From NCBI GenBank assembly GCA_043228905.1, contig JBHGNT010000006.1, positions 21,080,001-21,144,000 on the forward strand: a DNA stretch of 64,000 nucleotides, read 5' to 3'. Below are positions 24,454 to 38,482 of this stretch, one piece after another (position 1 is the first letter of the stretch; every line of letters begins with the position of its first letter). The position numbers were made by a program, and so were the translations under genes. The notes under the pieces are model-generated. The model saw only the letters and a list, made by a program, of their open reading frames with translations. It ran no database searches and had not been told where the DNA came from. Source of the DNA: Azolla caroliniana. Lineage: Eukaryota; Plantae; Polypodiophyta.

Positions 24454-27233
24454 TTTTTTTTCTTTTTTTCTTTTCTTTTAAAAAGATTTTCTTCAATAGT
24501 ATTAAGAACAAAACGCCCGAAGGCTACAACTTGAACCTAGCTACCAAGAAGGTTACAAGTTTCTTTATACAATGATATAAAATACGAGGATGTTTACATT
24601 TGTTGATATTCAAAGAGTCCATGGAAGTCGATATTGCCTTTGAGGCTCTTGAGCTACCTTGTAAACAAGGGCACCTTTTTCCATAAGTGAAGAAGCTTTT
24701 TCCTTTTCTTGTTCACAATATCTGGGGAACCCTGCATATTGTCATACTGACCACGGATTACAGCCAGCAAGTTCTCCCATAACTCAAACAACACATCTAA
24801 GAGATGAATGTCTACCCCATCATAAAGTCGGTTACATCGATATTTCCATAATACCCATAATGTTATTGTGGACACAGTTCTCCAAATTTGGACAGATTGC
24901 ACCTGCTTTCGAGGTTGCTGGAAGGGACTAACTAATATCAATCTTCTATTATGTATTGTCATTGCCTCATGAACATCGTTTGCCTCATACAACATTAAAC
25001 CGGAGTGTAATACTCCCCACATCGTTGATCCCCATGAGAATAAGCAACCTACATTTATTGTTAGGAATAAAGACACGACTTTCTTCCATACTTGTTGAGC
25101 AAAAGAACAAGACTATAAGACATGCTTGGTAGTCTCTTGAGGTTCATGGCAAATGGCACATTGCTGCAAATTGGGTGTCACATTCCCTTTCAATGCATGA
25201 CCAACTGGTAGAGCCATATGCACTAATAACCATCGAAAGAGAATAAATTTAGTTGGCCCCTTGAATGACCACATCCATTTCCAATAGGTTCTCAAATGCA
25301 AAGTGGAAACACCCCAATTGGTTCAATGTTTCTAAGCTGATGGTATCTTTACATTCTGAGAGAGCAGTAATGATCTTCCAAGTTTTACTGAGTATTGAAA
25401 AAAGGGAACCTTTACGATCTTTTCCCCCAAGGAGTGTGACCAAAGCCAACCCCATGGATCCCATGTTAATCTTGCAACAAGATCTTTTGAATATAGCCAC
25501 ATGATATCACACATATGAGCAATTGATGGATAAGGATCAAGGATCCATTTCTTTCCGGTTTTAGCAACCACTCTAACTAGTGCACTTAGTAAGTCCTGTA
25601 GATAATTGCAATCAAAGGTATAAGATTGCAATCTATTGTTGTCTAGGACCTGAAAATAAGACACACGCCCATTAGGTGAAACACCCTTAACAACCATCAA
25701 TATATCATTTGTGAAGCATCCAAACCATAGATATTCCTGCCTCGGTTGGAAGGTTGTTAAAAATGAAGAATATGTTACTGATAAGGTAGTCGTCATTATC
25801 TTGGCACAATGAACTGATTGTAGATGTACAAGTCGATCTTCTTGTGACATTTGTTGAAACTGAGTCCACGTTCTTACAGATGTAGCTGGCCCATTATCCA
25901 ATTTACCCCAAGCCGGGTGAGGACGCAGGCCCAATACTTTTCCTGCATTATCCCGAAGTAGAGAATTGGCAAGCATAGGTTGATTAAGTAATGCATCCCA
26001 GGTAGAAGGTTTGTCCTTTAACAAAAATGATTTAATTGCATCCCACGCTCTTATGATTCCTAGCAAAAATCTATTGGATGCAAGATTTCTCCTTGGTGTT
26101 TTCATGTCATTCAAGAAAAACCACTTTAAAGAGGGTGACCATACTCCTCCTGTCTTAGGAGTTAATTGCATTAACTGATTTAAAAACATTCCTTTCCAAG
26201 CTTCTGATCCTGGCAACAAACCTCTGATAACAAACTTAGTCAAGAGAGCTCTTGACTGCATCAAACGATCTATCAAACCCAACCCTCCATTAATTTTAGG
26301 TTGAATCAACACATTCCACGCAACTTTGGCTACTGTAGGAGTGCCATGTTTTCCCCCCCAAAGGAAATTCCGGATCACACTTTGCACTTTTGTCATTGCT
26401 GATTTAGAAAATAGCCACACATATGTTATAAACCACATTGATGCCAATAGTAATGTTTTTGCTACTACAACGCGACCCGCAAAAGACAATTGTTGGGCAT
26501 CCCAATACAATAATTTACGTTTTATTGATAATAGCAACGGAGATAGTATTACTTCTGGCCTTAAATCTATTCCAACCATACATCCTAAATATCGAACTAG
26601 CTCACCACGATGAAGCCATCGGAAAGCATGACCTAGATACCACTCAGGATGATTTTCTGCACCAACCTAAAGGCCAACTGACTTATTCCAGTTAAATGAT
26701 GCACCTGTAGCATCTGAGAAAACTTGCAAAGCATTTTGTACCCGACCGAGATTACTGATCTCCTCGTCAACATAGAGGGTTGTATCATCTGCAAATTCAA
26801 CATCCAGTACAGTGGATTGTGTAATAGGTAATACTAATCCTTTGATACTAGTAGTTAATGATCTTAGGTAGGAGGACAAAGCTTCCCCAAACAAGATAAA
26901 AAGAAATGGGGCAAGAGGGCATCCTTGCCTAACAAACCTGGATATAGGAAATAGTGTCCCGTATTCTCCAGTAAACAAAACAGAACTAGAAGCATGCTTG
27001 TAAAGGGATGAAACACCTTTTATCCATGCGGCTAGAAAACCTAATCTTGATAGCACTACCTCAAGAAAGTCCCAATCCACTTTATCATATGCATTTTCAA
27101 AGTCAAGCAATAATACTGCAAGTTGTTGTTTATGTTGCTGAGCTAATACAACCATTTCCCAGAACAAAAAGATATTATAAAAAATACTTCGATCTTGTAG
27201 GAAGCCACATTGTGTAGCATGAATAATAGATGA
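24454..27233 (-). mobile_element. 5'-truncated L1-clade LINE (RT and zf-RVT-like C-terminus), decayed, with 13-bp TSD
   Basis: RQGCPLAP and FADD (ORF 26667-27260), YLG, GGLG (ORF 25332), CAICHEPQETTKH (ORF 25113). A-rich tail reads as a T tract at 24454-24480. TSD CAAGCCAGTGTGC (24441-24453) / CAAGCTAGTGTGC (27234-27246). Confidence 0.9.
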
Positions 27234-28957
27234 CAAGCTAGTGTGCTTTATATGAAGCACCTACAAAAATGGGCTCACAAGGAGCATGTCTTGAACCTAT
27301 AGTCACCCTTTATACATAGAAAAATTGATACATCTATAGGAAGAGATTAAAAACAATATAAAGAAGTATGACAATGTGGGAATACTAATATAATTTCAAT
27401 TGTTCGTGAAATTGGATTTGAAAATTTGGCAAACAAATGTTCATATGTGTACGTTTTCTTCAAGTCAAGTTCATCAATTAACTCCAATTGAGTCTTGCCA
27501 TCGGTAACTTGGTCTTGGTACACCACTCAACATTTGATATATCATACATATGCCAATGGTTCCAGTATTCCAAACAAGTTGGATAATGTCAGGTCCAACA
27601 CAGAATGCACATTATTGCACCTATATACACAAAGCACAACAAATACCACGTGGTAGATTGAAATTCTTTGGTGTTACTAATAAGCATAGCACATGGTGGT
27701 CATATGATAATGGTGCTAGATTTTAGCATAAGAGTTTATAGATCAACTAGGTTCAAATCAAGATGGATGACATGAATGATTTATTGACAACATGAAATTG
27801 GAGAAGGGATGATTGTAATGGAGCCAATAATGATAGGTTACTCTCCAACAACTCCTAGGAATAGCTTGACTAGGTGATCCTCTTGAACCAAACAATAATT
27901 GTTTCCAAACTTTCTTTCTTGCTATTATGCATACAATAAGTATTCATCAACCATTCTCTTTGACTAATATCACTTCTACATAATTGTAGGTTTGTGTGTT
28001 GGGAGTTCTCGTGTGTTGTACCTAGTTCGGCATATGTGAATATGTTTTTGTTATCTCTATTTTTATGATCAATGTTTATTGTTAAAACTTAAAATAAGAT
28101 ACATTGCACAATTTTTTATGTGATTTATAAATGTTTGCCATTCTTTCGAAAAAATTGTTATTCTTGATATTTGTTTCTCTCCATTCCCCCAATCGCATCA
28201 AACTTTTCTTTTTATGTTAAATCGAACATATACGAAAATTTTATATTAAATTTGTTTTCCCTTTCAATGAAATTTCTTGTGCTAATGTTGTTTTGTTTGT
28301 TTTATTTTGTTTGTTCCAACGTATCCTTTGGTTTACTCTTAAATACTTTCGAAATCACGAGTCTCTAGATTGCATGAACTTATAGAAAACGAACTATCCA
28401 CCACTCATTGATTGAGGGTGTGCTAAAATAACCTAATCATTTAGCCCACATAAAAAGAAAATATTCATATTTGAAGAAGTGTTGTGATCACCTTGAGAGG
28501 GATTTGTACATGAAAAGATTTTTAACTTGGACAAGGAAGTAATTCAAAACCCATGATGTTTTAGAACTTTGTCCTATTATTGTTAAACCTTGTTCATACA
28601 AAATTCTCACAATTTGGTATAGAAGCACAACCTATTTGATGAGACACTTTAATAAAAATTCCACAATTTGGCATAGATGCACAACCTATTTTTATGAGGC
28701 ACGTCAATCAAAGTTCACTGGCCATTCACCTCATGTTATTGTAATCTTCTATATGTATTTTTTGCCATGAAAGATCTTTTACATATAACTGAAAAAGTTT
28801 TTATGTATAATTTGTGTTTCTTGCGCTCTACCATGGTTTTGAATCTAGTTGTCTAACATATTTTAGAGACGGAGAGATATACATATCTCAAATGTGTACA
28901 TATATCATACATATATATGTTGTACCCACAAACTTATATGCCTCTTTTACATGCTAC

Positions 28958-29200
28958 TACATGATGTTCCATTGAGCTCTTGTTTGGTTGTAAACAGATT
29001 GAAGGGGAAACATGGAATGTTTTTAGGGATGTGTATCCATACACCTTTGAGCTAACTCTACTCCAAGAATACCCACAAAATTATATGTTACATGATGTTC
29101 CATTGAGCTCTTGTTTGAGAGTAAAAAGTTTGAAGGTGAAACATGGGATGTTTTTAGGGATGTGTGTATAGGTCCTTTGAGCCAACTCTTCTCAAAGAAT
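28958..29200. repeat. ~130-bp tandem duplication
   Basis: TACATGATGTTCCATTGAGCTCTTGTTT...GAAACATGG.ATGTTTTTAGGGATGTGT...CCTTTGAGC occurs twice. Confidence 0.8.
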
Positions 29201-32200
29201 TCATGAAGAATTTTTTTGCCATTACCTTTATTCACGGTACACTTTCTTTACTAGAAGAGAAGTTAATGCAATGGAAAAATAGAAAGTAATGCATTCACTC
29301 TATATACTTTAGTGTCAAACATTTCATTGGATGATAAGATCATTAGAATGTATATTTGTAGGGATAGATAAGTTCTTGAAAAAAGGTGTTATTGCATGAA
29401 GTGCCATAGCTTAAATATCTACCAAATGAAGTACATTTACTTGAACTCTACACTTCAAGAATTGTTATTTGTGTTGTAACTAGAGTTTCTACAATTATTT
29501 GCAAGATTAACTTTTTCTTAGTCTTTAGTTGTTGGGTTTGGACACGAGATGTAAAAAATGAATTCCTTACGAAAGTGGTCGATGTTGAAATGGGTTATGT
29601 GTTAGCTTGTTGTTCCTTCTTGAACAAGGGAGATGGATTCTAATCAAGATAATTGTGAACTTTGAAATAATATTTTCCCTCCTAGCTTTATATATATTAG
29701 GTCCTTTGGATTTTATTGTACAAGTCCATGCTAGAAGGATTAAGAGATGGATTATGATGTTTCTTAAGTTTTTATGTATGCCTTATTTGATCCACCGTAA
29801 AATAATGTGGTGCTTCGACCATTCCTCAATACTATTCAAATAATATCAAGCAAATGTCTTTTGATGGCCTTATGTGATGGTACAAAAGTAGATTATGCGA
29901 AGTCCATTGGGTATTTATTCTCTTGAGCTTTCTAAATGGAAACTAATCATATATCTTATTATGTAAGAAGCAATGTTGGATTCACCAAGTGAAGGCAATA
30001 CATGTGTCCTTAATCTTTTTGAATAGAAACCAATGGCGTATTTAGCTATGTAACGCATAGTTCATCAAATACATAGCATAATGCAATATGTGGAGGAGGT
30101 CCACCAACTGTGCCAAATATATCTAATTGTAAACAAATTATGTACTTTGTTATGCAATGTCAAAATCACAAAATAAAGGTTACTACAATTGTTGGCCGAT
30201 TATTTTCATCCAGAAAGGCTATGTTTATCCCTTAAAATACCCTTTTTTTATCATAGAATCAAGCATATACTGACATACTAGTACACGAGGAGGAATATTG
30301 ACCTGCTCTAAATATTCCCAATTGTAACCAAAAAATCATGTACTTTGGATGCCAAATATGATTGTGAAGAGAAACTATGGTGTGGTCTACACACTCTTTA
30401 ATGCTATATGAGATCCTTTGAACTATTAGTTGTTTTTCTCCTAGAGTCAAAGTATGCATTGGCCTATTAGAACTATTATAATATGCTCTCAATGATAATC
30501 TTGCTTTTGTGCACTCGATATAATTTTGAAGAGCAATTGCATGTGTCTATTTGTCGATGCACACATTAATACCAATGAAAATAATCACTTTTTCGTCCCA
30601 AATTGTTGACTTTATACATATAATTTGTTAGTATTTATTAAGGGAGCTACAAGAAGTGACTGACCTAGCAAAGAGATGCTCAAACTTATTATTTTAAATA
30701 TTGTGAACATTTTTAGATTTTATCGGTTATTTTCCTCATTAGTCGTCATACATGCACATTGTCCACATATGGGGTTGTTGGTAAAGTACATCATCCATGA
30801 TACTTATGTCATGATTTGGCCTTTTTAGTTTGAAATCCATACACCTACCATTGGTTAACATGACAAAGTGTAATAGATGCAATCTTCAAACACAATTACA
30901 CACATATTAATGTGTAGCATGTTGCAAATGTATAAGCATATATATAATATATGTGCTTAGCCTACAAATATAGTGCTTCACATATTTATGACCATACAAT
31001 AGAGGCAGCTATCATAGGTAGTGAGTTTTGTTCTTTAAAAAAAATAAGAACATTGATTGGAGCGGTGGTTTTGGTTATTAGGAACAACATGATCTTAAAA
31101 AGCAAATGAGGCCATGAAGTGGACCGACAACATCGAAGAATGCTATTTGGCATCTCTCATGAAATATTTTAGATTCACGAGGATAACATTCAACGATACA
31201 TTTTTTGGGACTATGATTGTGGCAAACCTACAAGTAGAAATCTAGAAGCTTTTGGTAAAATGCCCATATCAAGGTTGATGCGTTGGAAGGGTAGAGCTCA
31301 CCATTGTAAGTCGGGCCAAATGTTTCCTCCAAATTACATGGACTTACAATGCATGCGAGGAGTATATTACTAGGTTTAACACACGAGTTTGAGGTTGTGA
31401 GGAACAAGGAAAGTGCCAAAGCATATGGAAGTGTGACATGGTTTGAGTGATAAGGTTCCATGGTCATTAATTTGCCAAAGAAGGACAACAGTCATGTAAA
31501 GAGGCATCGAGAACACAAACATCGGCACGAAAAGTGGCGAAATTGCACGTTAGGAGAGGCAAAGTTTGTCAATACTAAGATGATAATGGTAAAGATAAGG
31601 CGTTATAAAATAATTTTCAAAGAAGTTGGGCCATGTGGGGGGAAGAGAAGGCCAGCTATAAGTCAGAAAGTCTTGGAAAGTATTATTGGCACATTGTATT
31701 ATTTGTTATTTGGACTCACATGTTTCTTTGATCCAAGCAAATTCCTTAATAACTACCGATCCCTAGACACCGATGCCATTTTAAATGTACAACCTGATTT
31801 TCAAAGGTCCACAACCCCATGCAGGGTTTATTTATAAATACAATATACCGTTATTCTTGTAGCTAACTCAATTAATTAGCAACTAAAACCATTCATGAAT
31901 ACTTGTTTTCATGACAACCTTATTGATGTTTTTATATTTCATTAAAGTAATTTTCATTCAAGGATAAAAAAGTTGCAACCCATCTTTTAGCTTCTTTCGA
32001 AATATTTGGAGACTTTAGGATATTGAAATATACGTCACTAGGTATAGTAAATTACACCCCATTTTGGTAGGATTTAGAGAAGGATGGTTTATTGCTCATC
32101 TTAAACTTCTCATTTATCATGGCCATGTAAAGAATGGTTCTTAAGTCCATGCTTACAAGTTAAAAATAATCCTCTCATTGATTTCTTAACTGCTGCTTAC

Positions 32201-34121
32201 AAAATGGTGACCAACTGGATACAAGATATGAAGAAATCGTTTGGAACACAACTTGGAATGAACATGGGGGCTTATGCTTGCAACTTAACATTACAAAGGT
32301 TGCGCAAAACTGTAAAACCATTGTCTTCTCCCATTCGCTGCCATTCACACCATTACGTCAATACTTTAGCTCACATTTTCTTAGATATGATGGTTGACAT
32401 TCACACACAAATGAGAAGACTCATGGACTACATATTTTGTATTGAATAGGTTGGTAAGTTTAAGTATCATACTTACTAAATGCTCCACTTTCAACTCCAC
32501 ATTTTCAATATAGACCTTCCCTATGCACATTTTTGTCTTAGTCATGATTTTGCATTCCCAATTGCAACATTTGTTCATTAGCAAAACTTTCTGAGTCACA
32601 TACCAACTCCACACAGAATACATGAAAATGTTTCGATTTGGTGTCATAGGTTATATTTTACCTTTGAGGATGATAGTAAACTCCATTCATGTCTCTCCCC
32701 CTCTCCCATGACATCGTGGATATACATGATTAAGTGAAGGAAACGTCATCACATCATCTACAAGTGTGTTGTTGAGTGTTGCACAATCTACACTTGAAAA
32801 ACGAAAGTAAATTGAATGCATTTTAATTAAATCCATCTTCTAAATGCTCTTAAAACCAAATTGAAAGTGAAACGAGAATGCTACTAAAGCCCACATACAT
32901 GGGATGCTTGTTGAGCAACATCTGAATGTACCAACTCCACCTCATCAACCCCACATTGAGGATTTTTGAGATGGGCTTATCCTAGTCGTAACATATCAAA
33001 CTATTATCACAAGGTTATGGGTTCAAAATATTTAATACTTTCACATGTATTTGCTACATTATGCATCACTTCTCCTAGATTGCATGCCACATCAGTGTAT
33101 ACAATTGCTAATAAGTTCACAATCTCAACCTAATCTCAACTTTAGTCATACATATCTTTGGTGTATTGTATACCACTTCCATTATATACTACATGATTGC
33201 ATATAGATATATCACGCTAATAACCTAAGGGTCTTCATCATGTACCACTTTGTCTATACACCATGGAACATCGGTGCATCGACCTAATAGTCTCTAACTA
33301 TTTGACACACTCATCTCAATTATAGCTTTATATATTTCAATTCTCCTATACTAGGCTACTTATCAGTGTATCGAACTAGTGACCTACGGGTCTCCAAATA
33401 GTCAACTATGCATGGCTTGATTGCATCCCTTAATCTTCTTTCTCACACACTAAATAAATAAATAAATATATATATATATATAAATCATGAGAGTCTCACA
33501 ACCCAATCATGCCCATGTTATAAGTTTTCTCATACTTGGTCCCATACATAAGTCATGTTTGTAGCCTTTCCATGATGTGAAAACACCATCTTTCTCTCAT
33601 AGACACCAACACACACACATAACGAGACTCTCATGGCCCCACCGAAACACATGTTATCTTTCTCTAATATTCGGTTCTATAGTCCCCATTTGGCCTCTGA
33701 TGATGCTAGTAGATCTTAGATCTCTTTCTCTCTCTCTCTCTCTCTCTCTCAATCACTTTCACGTTCTCTTTCTTTGAGAGAGACCTCATAACCCCATTGA
33801 AACCCATGACATATTTTTTCTCCAAGTCGGTTTGTAGTCCATATATTGGCTCCCCTATGTGAGAAGGGTGGCACATATGTCAATACATAAGACCAACTAG
33901 CCTCTCTATGATTTTACTTATTTATTAACGCAACACATAATTCATAGAGGAGCTAACTCAATCTACTACTCACTCGTAAACTAATTAGGGACTAGCTAGT
34001 GTATGGTGTATATATGATGATTAGTTGACTAATTTATACTTCTTGTCCAAAGTCATGAAAGAATGTGAAAAGTACATTGCACAAGGAGACTCCAAGCCCA
34101 TGGGCCATAGAAAAGTGTTGT

Positions 34122-34154
<33 letters not shown>

Positions 34155-34642
34155 CAAACTATACACATATAGATATACACACCTCATCAACAACTATCAA
34201 AACCTTGGAGATTGGAAGCCTATTGAAAAGTGTACACACATACACTATACACATATAGATATAGATATAGATATATACACATTATCAACCACCACCACAA
34301 CCTTGGAACTATACAAACAAGTCTTCTTGTAGTTTCCCAAGGCTTCTTGGCACACTATGCACATATAACATTCATTGGTACTTCTACTTCTAATACTCAC
34401 AAATAATACTCACAAGTAAACCCTAACATGATCATTTTCTTCATGCTTCCACATTTTCTTAACCACTATACTTAAAACTACTTAAGATCATTTGTGTACT
34501 ATGTATACATATAATTCTCTGATTCCTTTTTGTTATTTTCTTAATAACTTGATGGGTTTTGTCCTATTAATCGCCTTGTAATAAATACTTTCCCATGGTT
34601 GACATAATTATGCCCTAATTGGTGCACAATTCGTTATATAAT

Positions 34643-35992
34643 ATGGATCTCTTGGATAACTATATGGCTATGGATTTTAATCCACTAAATGTCATGGGCA
34701 ATCTAACAAGCTATAGTTTCAATGCCAAGCATGTCTTAAATCCACAAGATCTGCATGATTTCATTACACCAGTGTCATGGAAGCAACAATCACCTATGCC
34801 GGCGCCCCATGATCATTCAGTATTGGGCAGCATTAATCATTATCCCGACAATATCATCGTTGGACATGATGCCGGAAACATTACTAATATCGTCATCGAT
34901 TCACATGCATTGGCCTCTCATCATCATCACAATCATCATCATCATCATCATCATGGTGTTATGCTATCATCACCCCATGACATGCATTATAATAGCAATA
35001 GTACTATGCATTCACCTAGTCCTGCCACTGATTATGATTTGAGCAGAGGAGGAATCACTAATGCTAATAATGTTGATAATGATGATGATGGTCGGGTGGA
35101 CATTCTTAATTTCGGGATGTCAAGTACAGGGAATTTCCGAGAGATTCTTCTCGACCCCGGAATGACCACGACGGCCATAGAACCCGATGACAATGCGAAT
35201 CATGATAACATTGGATTACCGCGCCAACATTATGATCCTCAAATTCAATTATATCTTGATGGCCATCATCATCAACAAAAATACAATAATGATGCTAATA
35301 ATGCATCAAGCAATGTAATAATAATCAATGGAGATATGAACATGGGTTCTCTAAGGACCACTCAATCTAATGCCAGTCATGGCCATGATCATCTCATTCA
35401 TAGCAACAGCAATAACAATAATGATATGAATGAAGATGATCATGGGAGCAATATAGAGGACATATTAAATTTAGTTAGTAGAGGAATTCACATAGATCCT
35501 ATAGATCACATGATGAGCAATGACACCAACATTGTGAATCATGATCCTACAAGTTTAAGCCTAGGTAATTACCCTAATGGCATGTCTAGCAATGGGATTA
35601 GTGCTAATTACCAGTCCTTAATCCACGGAGGAGCAGCGGCGATGACATTAGGGGATCATGTGGGCTACAATAGCATTGTCGGTACGAATCAAAAGGTAAG
35701 TGTGAAGAATAACAAGAGTCGGATTAGTGCCCATGATGGAGGCGATCAAGCGGGAGAGGGATCGATGGGATTTAGCGGGGCAAGAAGCTCCACAATTTGC
35801 TTCGGCCAACCGCCTCCTCCGCCTCCTTGTATCTATGACATGATGGGCGGCAATGATGACACGATCGGCCATCATAACTCGCCCAATGTTTTCCCGACCA
35901 CAACATCATCCGCGAGAAGACGCCGCTCTTCGTCATCCACTTCTTCATCTTCGTCGACCATCATCTCGACATCGGCAAAGTCCGACCAACTC
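34643..35992 (+). CDS. RSL1: RSL exon 1 (low-complexity N-terminal region)
   Basis: 450 open codons. Donor CTC|GTAAGG at 35992/3; alternative in-phase donor AAG|GTAAGT at 35695/6. Confidence 0.75.
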
Positions 35993-38482
35993 GTAAGGCC
36001 CCCCCTTCCCTTTAGAGTAAAAAAAAACTACAATGAAATATACCGATTCGATACCTCGTCTCCGTATATATAACATTCTTAATCCTCAAACCTAATCATG
36101 CCTTAGATCTAGTAACCCACCCCTAGATCAAAAATTTTGCAAGTTCCCTTCCCAATTCTTTTTTGGTTGCAAATTGTGAAAGAAATAGGATCTGAAAGGT
36201 TTAGGAATGAAAGGATTAGGGTATGAAAGCATTGGGAATGAAATGATTAGGAGTGGAATGATTAGGAATTTGGAAGGATTAGGAGTGAAATGATTAGGAA
36301 TGAAATGATGAGGAATGAAAGGAAGGATTAGGAGTGAAATGATTAGGAATGAAAGGATTAGGAATGAAATGATGAGGAGTGAAAGGATTAGGAATGATTC
36401 GCGAATCTAATTTGGTGTATGTGAATGCCAGAGTTCGCCGAGTGCCGCATGTATCGACTACGCAACCGTCGCGTCACTATTGACGCCGTACTCGCGTCCG
36501 AAGAAGTCGTCGCGGCACCCACTAGGACCCGCTCTCAACACGAATCTAAAGCCTCGTGCACGCCAAGGTTGTGCAAGTGACCCCCAAAGCATGGCAGCAA
36601 GGGTATGTTTGTCTTCATTGGGATCTACTGTATTTTAAATGTTTGATTAGCCATTAGCAAGATGTGCCCAAACCATTCTTTGTGGAATAGATTATCTAGC
36701 TTGGCTTCACTAATACTCTCCTAGGACAAACTTAAAATCCAAATTCCATTAAGAGACTATGGGAATCCTCCCCTAGAAACACACATGCCTCAAATGATCA
36801 TCGGAATTGCTACTAGTCGAGTGCCTCTCATGATTGTGCATGGCTTCGCAATATTGCACATATAGTAATTTAATTCATTTGCGACGATGAACTAGCTTTC
36901 ATATCCATAACAAGTTACATAATCACAATTAGCACATGGACATTTATAGGAAACTTAACTATGACTAGAGCATAATCAAACATCAATTAATGTCCATGTT
37001 TTGTTTGCCAACTATATGGAAATTTGTTTCTCAAATGGTGTGGTGCTTTCGTGGAATCTATATTGCATGTGTGATGATGATCGCATTGGATATAATTACC
37101 ACTTCACACAACTCAATACACGTAGAAAATATAGATTTTACCATGCAAGGATTGATCAAATTAAAGAGTCTAGATTAGTTAGTGTCACCCCAAATTGTAT
37201 GGAATGTAACATACATTATTGTACAAACACAACTTGTGTCCATGCATGGTTGTATATTTTAGACATAGGAAATATAGCATACAATATTATAAGCCATGAT
37301 GTAGGATAAACCCTTGGCACGATTATAGTAAGGGGTCCTTAAGTATGTGGGTTAGTTTACACACAAATAGCTAGTCATTTGAAAGGATATATTGGGAGAT
37401 GGGTGGTGCACAAATTCTTATGAGTCAATATTGTGCTCCCTCACTAATTGCTTAAATTGGAAATGCAAGGTGCAAAGTAGAAGCATATAACATGAAAGCT
37501 TATTGTTTGTTTCATACCTATATATATATTATATCGTATTACTCGCCTTAAATTACCATTCTATAGGAGATGCATAAATTCCACATCATAATTATAGAGC
37601 TTTTAACATAAAATTGCAAGCATATTAACATGCACACACACACTTGATGTAAATTTAGCAACTCAATCAAGTCTCACACATCAATAGAATGCCATGTGAA
37701 TGATTTAAAAATGGTCACATCGTTGAATCATGCTAGTTATCCAAAACCTAAACCTTGCGTTTATTTCCAATGTGTAACTTCACCATTTTTTCCGGATTCA
37801 AACTTCTAATAGTTGGTTTTGTAGTTGTATAAGGGTATTAGATCTTTGGTATGTTATAAAACATGATTTCAAATTCACTTTCCTACATTTTGAAATAGAA
37901 ACGGACGAGCTCAAAATGTAAACTATTTGTGTCATCATTCTGTTTTGTATAAGAAAATCTGTACATGTTTTGTATATGCTTTCAAAATGTTTTATGTGTG
38001 TTATCAAAGACATTAAACATATACATTTTTACATTGTCTTGTCTAGCAACGACGTGAGCGTATAAACAAACGTCTTAAAGCTCTACAGGAACTTGTGCCC
38101 AATGGGTCAAAGGTTAGAAATTAACTTTTCAATGAAGCCAAATATGATGATGGTTGCATATTATCAACACTAATGAAATTTTGGTTGAATAGGTAGACTT
38201 GGTCACAATGCTTGAGAAAGCTATCAACTATGTCAAATTTCTACAACTTCAATTGCAGGTACAATCATTGCTATAGTTAATATTAGTCTATCATGATAAT
38301 GTCGAGCTGCAAATCAAAGAAGTTTGATTTTGTAGGTTCTTACTGATGATGAGTTTTGGAGTAATCCGCAAAACCTATTTCAATCCAACAATGATCAAGT
38401 TGTTAGTGAAGAGAAGCAACTACAACATGGGATTCAATCTTCATCTCCAAATTCAACCAATCTTGTACCTAAAGTAGCTTAG
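34643..38482 (+). CDS. RSL1: Class I RSL (RHD6/RSL1-like, bHLH VIIIc) transcription factor, ~599 aa; exons 34643-35992, 36432-36602, 38047-38112, 38193-38258, 38336-38482
   Basis: Manual splicing at GT-AG, all phase 0, gives ...GPALNTNLKPRARQGCASDPQSMAAR|QRRERINKRLKALQELVPNGSK|VDLVTMLEKAINYVKFLQLQLQ|VLTDDEFW..., i.e. the RSL bHLH plus the RSL C-terminal motif. The long His/Asn/Ser-rich N-terminus is ORF 34619-36073. Start codon and exon-1 donor are the least certain parts. Confidence 0.9.
36187..36399. repeat. 15-bp minisatellite (GGAATGAAAGGATTA)n in RSL intron 1
   Basis: About 13-14 degenerate purine-rich copies ending ~30 nt before the exon 2 acceptor. Confidence 0.9.
36432..36602 (+). 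CDS. RSL1: RSL exon 2 (pre-basic and basic region)
   Basis: Acceptor GCCAG|, encodes PALNTNLKPRARQGCASDPQSMAAR, donor AGG|GTATGT. Confidence 0.88.
38047..38112 (+). CDS. RSL1: RSL exon 3 (helix 1 and loop)
   Basis: TCTAG| QRRERINKRLKALQELVPNGSK |GTTAGA. Confidence 0.93.
38193..38258 (+). CDS. RSL1: RSL exon 4 (helix 2)
   Basis: AATAG| VDLVTMLEKAINYVKFLQLQLQ |GTACAA. Confidence 0.93.
38336..38482 (+). CDS. RSL1: RSL exon 5 (RSL motif and C-terminus)
   Basis: TGTAG| VLTDDEFWSNPQ...VPKVA TAG. Confidence 0.9.
   Translation, partial: VLTDDEFWSNPQNLFQSNNDQVVSEEKQLQHGIQSSSPNSTNLVPKVA

Noticed and set aside
27690-27765. Another tRNA/SINE-like cassette (GGTTCAAATC)
   Set aside because: B box imperfect and no A box at tRNA-like spacing; could be chance.
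27250-33500. Short ORFs or a possible DNA-transposon or second gene upstream of RSL
   Set aside because: AT-rich, no recognisable domains, TIRs or exon chain by eye; may hold old relics that need a profile search.
34619-36073. Stand-alone 484-aa single-exon gene
   Set aside because: It is exon 1 of the RSL gene read through into intron 1; the listed start is a TTG.
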